Below are positions 19,997 through 28,889 of a stretch of DNA of 39,524 nt, piece after piece. The DNA is taken from NCBI GenBank assembly GCA_963700285.1, contig CAVOXA010000020.1:1-39524 (forward strand). The letters are read 5' to 3'. Source of the stretch: an uncultured Chloroflexia bacterium (lineage in GTDB: Bacteria; Chloroflexota; Anaerolineae; JAAYZQ01). Under the pieces are notes generated by a model, which made no database searches, was not told where the DNA came from, and saw only the letters and a program-made list of their open reading frames with translations. The translations under genes and the position numbers were made by a program. Within the stretch, counting starts at the first letter, position 1, and each line of letters starts with the position of its first letter.

Positions 19997-20677
19997 CTAG
20001 CTTTCGGCGATGCGTTGCAGACCCTCACGGTCGAGGATGGTAATGCGCTTCCGGCCGATTTCGATGAGGCCATCGGTCTTGAAAGCATTGAGGGTTTGGG
20101 TCGTGGTTTCGCGATAGGTGCCGATCTGCTCCCCCAGATCCTGGTGGGTATAGCCCTCGACGATATCGCTGCCCGTATCGTCAGCTACTTGCAGGAGAAG
20201 GGAGGCCAGCCGGGCCGGGATACCCTTGCGGGCGATTTCTTCCAGTCGTTCCTCAGCCCTCTTCAGCCGGCGTCCAAGGACCTCAAAGATACGCAGCGCC
20301 ACTTTGGGCATGGTGATCAGCATCCGCTCTACGTCACTGCGGCTCATCACGTACAGGACGCAGTCTTCGCTGGCTTCGGCAAAGCTGTTATGCATTCCCT
20401 GACCGATAAAGGCCATTTCTCCAAAGATGGTCCCCGGCCCCAAGGTAGAGATGACCAGTTTTTTGCCATCGGGCGAGATGCGATAGAGCTGGATCCGGCC
20501 TTCCTGTAGAAAGAATAGAACCTCGCTGGTATCTTCGGGCATGTAGAGGATCTTGCCCCGACGGCAGGTCGTCATGGTCGTTGCCCGATCGATCTCCTCG
20601 ATCTCTTGGGAGGTCAGATCCTGAAATATGTCCACCATCTGTAGATAGCCGATTTTGTCGGGTTGCTCCTCTGACAC
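19997..20677 (-). CDS. Crp/Fnr family transcriptional regulator
   Basis: cNMP domain (GTIFGEMA) and HTH THQDLGEQIGTYRETTT. GTG start after a purine-rich RBS. Confidence 0.92.
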   Translation of the reverse strand: MSEEQPDKIGYLQMVDIFQDLTSQEIEEIDRATTMTTCRRGKILYMPEDTSEVLFFLQEGRIQLYRISPDGKKLVISTLGPGTIFGEMAFIGQGMHNSFAEASEDCVLYVMSRSDVERMLITMPKVALRIFEVLGRRLKRAEERLEEIARKGIPARLASLLLQVADDTGSDIVEGYTHQDLGEQIGTYRETTTQTLNAFKTDGLIEIGRKRITILDREGLQRIAES

Positions 20678-20835
20678 GATCTCTCCCCTCCGGTGAAGGT
20701 AGGTACCGCTTGCTCTACTGTCTCGATTATACCTCAAGTCGGGGGAGACCACAACACCAACAAACCGCCGTGGAGGCGCTGATGCGGTTGTTGCTGGGGG
20801 TACGGCTCACATGTACTGTCCCCGACATTCCTGGC

Positions 20836-20863
20836 TTGCATCCAGTGCCAGTTGTGTTATAAT
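20836..20863 (+). promoter_or_regulatory. Sigma70 promoter of lgt
   Basis: TTGCAT-16 bp-TATAAT with extended TG. Confidence 0.55.
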
Positions 20864-20892
20864 CCAAGACAACCTTGTTCTGGAGCGAGTGC

Positions 20893-21798
20893 ATGAATCC
20901 AATTCCTCCGATCCTTTTCCAATTGGGCCCTTTTCAGGTGCGCTGGTACGGCGTGCTGATCATGACCGGGGTGGCCTTGGGAGCCTATTTCTCCAGCCGC
21001 CTGGCGAAAAAGCGCGGGCTGAATCCGGACCACGTCTGGTCGGCCCTGATCGTTGCCGTGATCATGGCCATCCTGGGAGCCCGTCTGTACCACGTCTTTT
21101 CCACCCCGGCCGGCTGCCCACCTGACGCTACCTTTGCCTGTGGCTGGCCCTACTACCAGCATCATTTCTTTGAGGCTTTTGCCATCTGGAAGACCGGCGG
21201 CTTCCAGGGTCTGGGCATCTATGGCGCCATCGTCGGCGGTGCCCTGGGCGTGGTCGCCTACGCGCTGTGGAACCACCTCAACCCACTGGTTTGGCTGGAC
21301 CTGGCGGTGCCCGGGCTGGCCTTTGGCCAATTTGTCGGCCGCTGGGGCAACTTTATTAACCAGGAACTCTACGGCCCCCCGACCGGTTCGGCCTGGTTCG
21401 GCCTCAAGATCAACCCAGACCTGCCCCACCAGGCATTGCCCCCCGGCACAGACTATATGACCCGCTTCCATCCGACCTTTTTGTACGAGTCATTGTGGTC
21501 TCTGGGCGTATTCCTTATCCTGTACAACGTTTATTCTCGGCTGCCCCACAAGCTGCGCAATGGCGACGTGTTCTTGCTCTACATCGTCCTCTACCCCCTG
21601 GGACGTTTCATTGTCGAGTTCTTCCGGCCCGATGCCTGGACGATGGGCCGGCTGGCAACCGCACAATGGATCGCGCTAGCCTGTGTGATTGGTGGGACCA
21701 CGCTCATCGTGCTGCGCCACATCTTCTGGGATCGAGACAAAGAGACAGGGGAGGGAGAAGGGCAAGCAAGCGCGCAGGAAGCAGCGACGGCCGAATAG
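20893..21798 (+). CDS. lgt: Prolipoprotein diacylglyceryl transferase
   Basis: VRWYG, GARLYHV, GRWGNFINQELYG, HPTFLYES, RFIVEFFR. Confidence 0.96.
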   Translation: MNPIPPILFQLGPFQVRWYGVLIMTGVALGAYFSSRLAKKRGLNPDHVWSALIVAVIMAILGARLYHVFSTPAGCPPDATFACGWPYYQHHFFEAFAIWKTGGFQGLGIYGAIVGGALGVVAYALWNHLNPLVWLDLAVPGLAFGQFVGRWGNFINQELYGPPTGSAWFGLKINPDLPHQALPPGTDYMTRFHPTFLYESLWSLGVFLILYNVYSRLPHKLRNGDVFLLYIVLYPLGRFIVEFFRPDAWTMGRLATAQWIALACVIGGTTLIVLRHIFWDRDKETGEGEGQASAQEAATAE

Positions 21799-21892
21799 GG
21801 GAACAGGACGGTCCAAAAAACAATCGGCGAACCGCCCGGCTCAGATCACAACAGAGCCTGGGGTTCGCTTGTCTTTCGTTCCCGGATTGGGG

Positions 21893-22924
21893 TTACGGGG
21901 TTCCCAGCGAACTGCCATCCCCGGATGGTTCCTGTCCGATCTTGCGCGCTTCGTTCAGATCGCTCCAGGACAGGCTCATGCGCCACATGTACCAGATTCC
22001 CAGCGCGGTGATGGGTAGCCACAGGGCCGCGTGCAGCACCAGGGTGTACGCCGCCGCGATGTTGCCATTCACGCCAAATGCCTTGAGGACCTCGATCCCC
22101 GGTTCGTCGAATGTGCCCAGATAGCCCGGCGCCGACGGGATCGTCGTAAACAGGTTGACTACCCCATTCATCAACATCAGCACAAAGAAAGAGACCTCGA
22201 AATCAAAGGCGTGCATCACGAACCAGTATTTCATCGCCTCCGCCAGCCACACGACGAGCGAAGTCAGAAAGATCATGGCCACGTCCCGCCCGCTCCGCAG
22301 AAAGCCCAGTCCCGCCAGAAAGCGGTCGGCAAATCCCCTAACCGGTTCCCGAAAACGCGCGGGCAGCAGCTTGTCTATCACCCAGGAATAGGCCGCCTGG
22401 GTGCGCTGGGGGGAGGCAGCCAGGAAGAAAAAGACCCCCAGGGCGCCAAAAAAGAGCAGGCTAAAGACAATGACAAAATTGCGCCAGGCATCGGGGATAT
22501 TCGGCGCCAGGGGCAGGCCGACAAAGACAAAGAGAAGCATAATCACCCCGTCGAAAATGCGCTCGACCAGGATGGAGGCCAGGCTGGAACTGACCGGCAC
22601 CCCCTCCGTACCTTTTAGCACAAAAGCCCGCAGCAGCTCACCGATGCGGGCAGGAAAGATGTTGTTGCCCATATAACCGATGCACACGACTGGGAACAGC
22701 CGCACCAAAGGGATCGACTTGATGGGGCGCAGCATATAGTGCCAACGCCAGGTTCGCGCCCAGACCCCAAAAAAGTAGATGGCCACGCCCGGCACCAGCC
22801 ACCAATAACGGGCGGTGCGCATATGGAACCACACCTCGCCCATGTTCAACCCGCGCAAGGCGAGATAGAGAAAGACCGCGCTGATCATCAACCCCAACCA
22901 AAACTGCCAACGTTTAAGCATCAT
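21893..22924 (-). CDS. Lysylphosphatidylglycerol synthase TM-region (UPF0104) flippase-like protein
   Basis: RTWRW, GYMGNNIFPARIGELLR, ERIFD, PSAPGYLG. Confidence 0.88.
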   Translation of the reverse strand: MMLKRWQFWLGLMISAVFLYLALRGLNMGEVWFHMRTARYWWLVPGVAIYFFGVWARTWRWHYMLRPIKSIPLVRLFPVVCIGYMGNNIFPARIGELLRAFVLKGTEGVPVSSSLASILVERIFDGVIMLLFVFVGLPLAPNIPDAWRNFVIVFSLLFFGALGVFFFLAASPQRTQAAYSWVIDKLLPARFREPVRGFADRFLAGLGFLRSGRDVAMIFLTSLVVWLAEAMKYWFVMHAFDFEVSFFVLMLMNGVVNLFTTIPSAPGYLGTFDEPGIEVLKAFGVNGNIAAAYTLVLHAALWLPITALGIWYMWRMSLSWSDLNEARKIGQEPSGDGSSLGTP

Positions 22925-23269
22925 CTCTCCCAGTCTTGGGCTCTGTCTTGGGACGTGGCGTAAAAGGTGGGGCGAGGCTCCACCTTTTACACCACACTCA
23001 GAGACACGATCCTGTCGTGATACGGGTCCGGGGGAGCCATCCGGATTGTTGGGTGATTATACCGTCTTCATCCCAAAAGACCAAAAGCCTCGCCAGTCAA
23101 AGTCGCGCTCGACCGCAAGAGATCGCTGCGGACGAGGACAGCGATCTGGCAGTTCTCCCAAATGACAAGATGCGGAACGGGGTTCATTATTACGGCCCGC
23201 GCCTGCTGGGCCAGGCCAGGGATCCCTGCCTCCCAGGTACCAAAAGGATGGGAGTTGAGCGGTTCAGTC

Positions 23270-25003
23270 CTATTGCGTGATCGAGAGCCCGGGGGTGATC
23301 ATCTGCGGAGGAAGGATGGTAAAAGTCAACCATGCCGGTTCGGACTTTTGCCCCGACGAGTCAAAGGCAACGCCGACGAGCGTGAGGGGGATACTGGCCG
23401 GCTGCGTCCAGGTCAATGGCCAGCCTCCAGCACAGAGCGTCTCAGTGCAGGTGAAAGCTCGGCCTGAATTCAGGAGCGGGTCCCCGGTCTCTACCCCCCA
23501 CACCACGACCAGGTTCAAGCCCAGGTCATCGCTGGCCTGAAAGATGAGGGAGGATGGCTCGTTGGCCCGGACCTGCAGGGGCGCGACCATCAGGCTGAGG
23601 AACGGAGGCTCATCAGCAGGGGCGCAGGGGGGCAAGGTCACTTCTGCTGTAGCGCTCTCGGCTGAGGTTCCGGCAGCATTGAAGGCGACAATGGAGTAGA
23701 GATAGGTATTGCCGCAAGCGACCTGCTCATCCACAAACTCTTCCACGCCGGCTGGAGCCAGGCCGATGCTGGCGTCCACGTCAGCTCGATAGATACGGAA
23801 TGCATCCTCGTTGTCGGATTGATCGGACCAGGCCAGCAGGACCGTTGGCAACCGCGCCTGGCCCCCAGCAGCCGACGGGTTCGCCCCTCCCGTGTCTACG
23901 GTGGCCCTTAGATCCACGGGTTCCTTGGGTGGTAGATTCGTCTGGGCCAGGACCCCGACGTGGATGGTCAGCGGCAGCGTTGGACCAAAAAGGTCGCCCT
24001 CAGGCGAGCGCAATCGCCAGAGATTCGCATAGGTGCCCACGTCCGATGGCGCCCACAGCGTGATTGCCAGGTCAACGGCTTCACCAGCGGCCGTGGGCGG
24101 CACCGACACCCTATCCGGTGAAATGAGACCAGATCCCGCCAACCGGATCAGTTGATAGCCGACCCCCCAGGCGCAGGAGCCATTGTTGCGCACTTGCCAC
24201 ACTTTGTCCATTCGAACCGAAGGGGGAAAAGCCGTACCGGGAGGGATCGTCACATCGGACACAAAGGAGGCATCCGGAAGGCAGGCTGGCTCTGCTATCG
24301 CCTCGCCAGGCGCCTCCGCCACCTGGAGGGTGATGTCAGCCCTGCCAAGGACCTGGTTCTCAGCAGAAAAGACGATCACGGCGACCCGATACTCTCCAGC
24401 GGACTCGGGGCGCCATGATTGTGAAAGGGGGAGAGAGCCAACGTTGGCTTGGGTCTGAGGCTGGACCGATAGCGTGTCCACCTTTTGTCCATTTACATCG
24501 AGCTCCACGCGGCCCACATCCCGCAGGCCCGGTACAGCGTTGATGGTAGATTCTATGGCGATTTCCTGGCCCAGGGTAACCTGGCTTCCGTCGGAGGGTG
24601 AGGCAATGATGATTCTGACATGGGGATCCGGGGCGGGTGTTGGCTGGAAGGGGTTCCAGGGGATATCCAGGTCACCCTGCCAGAGCACGAGGAACCCGGA
24701 AAGGACCACCAGCAACACCAGGGCCATGCCCAGTGCCAGCCAACGGCCCACCCGGCATCCGGGTATGTCCCCGGTATCTGGAGCATCAGGCGGCGGTTCC
24801 GCGTGGGGATCGCCTGGCTCCCAGCCTTCGCCCCGGTTGCAGACCCAGGTTCCCTGTTGGGCATCGAGCAGCCAGAGAACGCCGCGTTCATCCCGCAGCA
24901 GCATTTTGGCCACCTCGAAGCGAAAGGTCTCGTCGTTTATCTCGCCCACGCCGAGCTGCGCCTGCAAGACACGAAAGCGGCTTTCAGCCTGCTTGAAATC
25001 CAT
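23270..25003 (-). CDS. Membrane-anchored multi-Ig protein (Big-like, NBR1-Ig-like, FN3-like)
   Basis: TM helix; FVSDVTIPPGT...KVWQVRNNGSCAW (NBR1-like); WSDQSDNEDAFRIYR...YSIVAFNAAG (FN3). Confidence 0.8.
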   Translation of the reverse strand: MDFKQAESRFRVLQAQLGVGEINDETFRFEVAKMLLRDERGVLWLLDAQQGTWVCNRGEGWEPGDPHAEPPPDAPDTGDIPGCRVGRWLALGMALVLLVVLSGFLVLWQGDLDIPWNPFQPTPAPDPHVRIIIASPSDGSQVTLGQEIAIESTINAVPGLRDVGRVELDVNGQKVDTLSVQPQTQANVGSLPLSQSWRPESAGEYRVAVIVFSAENQVLGRADITLQVAEAPGEAIAEPACLPDASFVSDVTIPPGTAFPPSVRMDKVWQVRNNGSCAWGVGYQLIRLAGSGLISPDRVSVPPTAAGEAVDLAITLWAPSDVGTYANLWRLRSPEGDLFGPTLPLTIHVGVLAQTNLPPKEPVDLRATVDTGGANPSAAGGQARLPTVLLAWSDQSDNEDAFRIYRADVDASIGLAPAGVEEFVDEQVACGNTYLYSIVAFNAAGTSAESATAEVTLPPCAPADEPPFLSLMVAPLQVRANEPSSLIFQASDDLGLNLVVVWGVETGDPLLNSGRAFTCTETLCAGGWPLTWTQPASIPLTLVGVAFDSSGQKSEPAWLTFTILPPQMITPGLSITQ

Positions 25004-25029
25004 AACCCTCAGCCTATATCCGGAATACC

Positions 25030-26256
25030 TCAATCCTCAGACTGAAAGATCTCTTGTGCGTGCTGCAACAGAACCCGAGTCTGTTCCGGCGGGGTATCCC
25101 TGCTCTCCAGATAGAGCGCCAACAGGTCCGCAGGCGACAACTCTCCTGGTGACTCGCTTCCCAGCCGTTGCCGATAGACCCGTTCGATCTCTTTGCCGAT
25201 TGCGGCGACGTAATATGCCTCATTCAGCGCCCGCCGGATGTCGGCATCGCGGAGCAGGCCCTCTTGCTCCGCCCGGGCCTCGATGATCACCCTCACCACA
25301 GCACCGGATACGTCATGTCTGTCAATCGTGGCCAGCAGCGCGGCCAGCGGATCGGCCTCGTCTCGTACGTCGCAGCGAATGGTCAGAAAGGTCCGCGCAG
25401 CCACGGGATGGAAATGCCATTCGGTGTGCCCTCGCTGCACATCGGCGATCACAAAACCCTTTCGTTCCTTTTCCTCGCCAAAATCGATTCGTTCCAGGCT
25501 GCCACTGTATACAATGGGAGGATGCCGGCCCTGGTTCAGCTCTTGGTGGCGGTGTATGTGGCCCAAGGCCACATAGTCCCAGGCCGTATCAGCCAGAACA
25601 CTGGTGAGGACCACCACGTCGCGCCCCAGCATCACGGTCCGTTCGGACCCAAGCTTGGCCGCCGACACACTGAAATGCCCGGTTAGCACCGCAGGCAGGT
25701 CCGGGTCCACCTGTTGTGCCAGGGCCTGGATGTTGTCCACCATCATCTGCTGCACCAGCTCGTCCAGCTTGGCGATGGTCTTGTCCTTGTGATCGTCGTG
25801 GGCCAGGATCTGCTGTCGAAGCGGGTAGGGCACCGTCGCTACCTGGATCAGATCGCCCTTTTTCGTGGTCACCCGGTGCAGTTCATCGCGGTTGGCGACC
25901 GTGACGTTCGGCACTTTTAGCGTACGAAAGACCTCAATGCTCGATGCTCTTTTCGAGACCGCGGGTAAATCGTGGTTGCCCACCAACAGGATGACCGGGA
26001 TTCCGGCATCGGCCAGGCGCATGATCCGCCGGGAAAACTCGCGACGGTGGGTAGAGTTGGGATCGCGGCTCTTGTAGGCGTCCCCGGCAAAGAGGACCAG
26101 ATCGACCTCGTTCTCCAGGGCATAGTCTACCACCTCGCTGAGCCGGCGCAAAAAGTCCATCACGCGGCCGTTCAGACCGGTAGCTGGGTCGAGGCTCCCA
26201 TAGTTTTCCACACCAATGTGCACGTCGGCCAGGTGCAGCACGCGGATGCTGTTCAT
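25030..26256 (-). CDS. sbcD: SbcD/Mre11-family nuclease
   Basis: HLADVH, FAGD, GNHD, YVALGHIH, YSGSLERIDFGE. Confidence 0.92.
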   Translation of the reverse strand: MNSIRVLHLADVHIGVENYGSLDPATGLNGRVMDFLRRLSEVVDYALENEVDLVLFAGDAYKSRDPNSTHRREFSRRIMRLADAGIPVILLVGNHDLPAVSKRASSIEVFRTLKVPNVTVANRDELHRVTTKKGDLIQVATVPYPLRQQILAHDDHKDKTIAKLDELVQQMMVDNIQALAQQVDPDLPAVLTGHFSVSAAKLGSERTVMLGRDVVVLTSVLADTAWDYVALGHIHRHQELNQGRHPPIVYSGSLERIDFGEEKERKGFVIADVQRGHTEWHFHPVAARTFLTIRCDVRDEADPLAALLATIDRHDVSGAVVRVIIEARAEQEGLLRDADIRRALNEAYYVAAIGKEIERVYRQRLGSESPGELSPADLLALYLESRDTPPEQTRVLLQHAQEIFQSED

Positions 26257-26355
26257 AACGCGCTCATCCCTCTCTGCCCGTCGCTATGGCTGGGCCAGAG
26301 TTGAGGTCAGTGGCCCCAATCTTGGTACCTGTCCATTGCTTGCCTGGAATGGACA

Positions 26356-27159
26356 TCAGGCACGATCCAGTGCTGCCCGCGCCGCCCCGGGGTCCGTCGC
26401 GGTGACCGCATCGACGCCCAGGCGCAGGGCAGCAGCATAGTCAGCCGTGAACAGGTTGGCCAAACTCACGGCCAGACCTGCCTCCTGCAGGCAGGACACG
26501 ATCCGGCGGTCGGTCTGGGGCCAAAAGACAGTGACCCAGCGGGCAGTCGTGGGCATTACCCGGGCCACCGGATCTGCAACGCGCTCGCGCAAATTCACGG
26601 ACAAGGCAATCGCCGGATTCCGGGCCCGGATGCGTGCCAGGGCCACCCGGTCCCAGCTCGAGATCACCACCTGGCCCTCCATACCCGAGCGATCGATCAG
26701 GTCGAGAGACAGCATCTCCAGCCGATCATCGTCAGGATCGGCAAAGCCGTGTTTGAGGTCCACCTGGAGCGGTATTCTCCCCCGCGCCCAATCCAGCACG
26801 TCAAGAAAGCGGGGGATGCGCTCACCAGCATAGGCCGGACCGAACCAACTGCCCACATCCAGGCCGCGCAGATCCGCCCAGGCCACGTCCCGCACCCAGC
26901 GGGGATCGCCCAGCTTGGGCTTCAGGGTAAAATCGTGGTAGATGATGGCCTCGCCATCGCGGGTGAGCTGTACGTCGAATTCGAGGAGATCAGCGCCGGC
27001 CGAATAGCCAGCCTGAAAAGCAGCCCAGGTATTCTCCGGGGCCAGGGCCTCCGCTCCCCGATGGCCGATGACCAGTACACGGCGCGGGTCAGCCGTGAGC
27101 AGTTGTTCGATGCGCGATTCTTCGGACCTGGGCTGGGTGCTAGAGAATAGGATGGCCAT
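26356..27159 (-). CDS. Glycerophosphodiester phosphodiesterase
   Basis: IGHRGA..APENT, EFDVQLTRDG..IIYHD. Confidence 0.9.
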   Translation of the reverse strand: MAILFSSTQPRSEESRIEQLLTADPRRVLVIGHRGAEALAPENTWAAFQAGYSAGADLLEFDVQLTRDGEAIIYHDFTLKPKLGDPRWVRDVAWADLRGLDVGSWFGPAYAGERIPRFLDVLDWARGRIPLQVDLKHGFADPDDDRLEMLSLDLIDRSGMEGQVVISSWDRVALARIRARNPAIALSVNLRERVADPVARVMPTTARWVTVFWPQTDRRIVSCLQEAGLAVSLANLFTADYAAALRLGVDAVTATDPGAARAALDRA

Positions 27160-27169
27160 GGTGGATACT

Positions 27170-27262
27170 ATTGTAACTGGGATCCGCCGCGTTGTCAAAA
27201 ACCCCTGGTTTGAACCTGGATGGAGAGCAGTCGTTGACTTTTCACCCTGTCGGTGCTATAAT
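27170..27262. promoter_or_regulatory. Divergent sigma70 promoter pair
   Basis: Minus strand: TTGACA (27198-27193)-17-TACAAT (27175-27170). Plus strand: TTGACT (27234)-17-TATAAT (27257). Confidence 0.75.
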
Positions 27263-27298
27263 GCGCCGGACTGGATTCCAAAGACGGGAGCTTGGGGC

Positions 27299-28834
27299 AT
27301 GACACAGTCTTACCGTGATGAACTGGAAGAACGCCGCCAAAAGGCCAGCCAGGGAGGTGGGCAAGCGCGCATTGAGGTCCAACACGCCAAGGGCAAGCGC
27401 ACGGCCCGCGAACGGCTAGCCACCTTACTGGACGAAGGGACCTTCCAGGAAATGAGCCCCTATGTCAGCAGCCGCCACGCAGGCCAGGATGCAGTGGACG
27501 GCGACTCGGTCGTGACCGGCTACGGGCTCATCGACAGGCGGCGGGTGTGCGTCTATGCTCAGGATTTTACCGTGTTCGGTGGCTCCTTTTCCGAAGCCCA
27601 GGCCATGAAGGTCAGCCAGGTGATGGATCTGGCCCTGCAGGGAGGCCTGCCCGTGATCGGCTTGAGCGACTCGGTGGGAGCCCGCATCCAGGAAGGGGTC
27701 CATAGCCTGGCCGCGTACGCCGAATTGTTCTGGCGCAACACCCAGGCCAGCGGTGTGATCCCCCAGATCAGCGTCATGCTGGGCCCCTGCGCCGGGGGCT
27801 CGGTCTATTCGCCGGGGCTGACCGATTTTGTCATCATGACTCGCAAGATCAGCCACATGTTCATCACCGGACCCGACGTGATCCGCACGGTGACCGGAGA
27901 GGAAGTAGACCTGGAGACGCTGGGCGGCGCCGGTACCCACAGCCAGACCAGTGGTGTGGCCCATTTCTCCGCCGCCAACGAGGACGAGGCGTTGGCTCTG
28001 ACCCGCCGCCTGCTTGGCTACCTGCCCAGCAACAACGTCGAAAATCCCCCCAGTACACCCTCCGACGACGATCCGTGGCGCATGGACCCCAGCCTCGACT
28101 CGCTGATCCCCGAGGATCCTACTGTGCCCTATGACATGGCCCGTGTTCTCGAGGGCGTATTCGACCGGGACAGCTTTCTCGAAGTGCAGCCTGCCTTTGC
28201 CCCCAACGCCATTGTCGGCTTTGCCCGGCTGAACGGCTCTGTGGTGGGCGTTGTCGCCCAGCAGCCGCTCCGTCTGGCGGGAGTGATCGACATCGATGCT
28301 TCGGACAAGATAGCCCGCTTTGTGCGCTTTTGCGATTGCTTTAACATTCCCATCGTCACCTTCGTAGACTCGCCAGGGTTCCTGCCTGGCGTCGATCAGG
28401 AACACGGCGGCATCATCCGTCACGGCGCCAAGATCGTATACGCTTATTCTGAGGCGACGGTACCCAAAATCAGTATCGTCACCCGCAAGGCCTATGGTGG
28501 GGCCTACATCGTCATGAGCAGCAAGTATATCCGCACCGACCTGAGCCTGGCCTGGCCCACGGCCGAGATTGCGGTGATGGGCGCCGATGGCGCGGTGGCC
28601 ATCCTGCACCGCAGGGCGCTCAAGGAGGCCGCCGACCCGGAGGCCCTGCACGCTGAACTGGTGGCCGATTACCGCGAAAAGTTCGCCAAGCCCTACGTCG
28701 CCGCGGCCAGCGGCCACATTGATGACGTGATCAGGCCCAGTGAAACGCGCCCCCGGCTTGTCACCGCCCTGGAGATGCTGAAGGATAAATCTGTTCAGGG
28801 TCCGGCCAAAAAGCACGGCAACATGCCTATGTGA
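27299..28834 (+). CDS. pccB: Acyl-CoA carboxylase carboxyltransferase (beta) subunit, PccB/MmdA-like
   Basis: GKRTARER, QDFTVFGGS, GARIQEG, GPCAGG, RKAYGGAY, KKHGNMP. Confidence 0.9.
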   Translation: MTQSYRDELEERRQKASQGGGQARIEVQHAKGKRTARERLATLLDEGTFQEMSPYVSSRHAGQDAVDGDSVVTGYGLIDRRRVCVYAQDFTVFGGSFSEAQAMKVSQVMDLALQGGLPVIGLSDSVGARIQEGVHSLAAYAELFWRNTQASGVIPQISVMLGPCAGGSVYSPGLTDFVIMTRKISHMFITGPDVIRTVTGEEVDLETLGGAGTHSQTSGVAHFSAANEDEALALTRRLLGYLPSNNVENPPSTPSDDDPWRMDPSLDSLIPEDPTVPYDMARVLEGVFDRDSFLEVQPAFAPNAIVGFARLNGSVVGVVAQQPLRLAGVIDIDASDKIARFVRFCDCFNIPIVTFVDSPGFLPGVDQEHGGIIRHGAKIVYAYSEATVPKISIVTRKAYGGAYIVMSSKYIRTDLSLAWPTAEIAVMGADGAVAILHRRALKEAADPEALHAELVADYREKFAKPYVAAASGHIDDVIRPSETRPRLVTALEMLKDKSVQGPAKKHGNMPM

Positions 28835-28889
28835 GTTCCGTAGTTATGGAACTCGTCTTGGTATCAATCCGCAACGGCCTGGTACTCCC

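Noticed and set aside
27068-27298. 77-aa N-terminal extension of the carboxyltransferase
   Set aside because: It overlaps the divergent GDPD gene and both promoters. The real start is ATG 27299.
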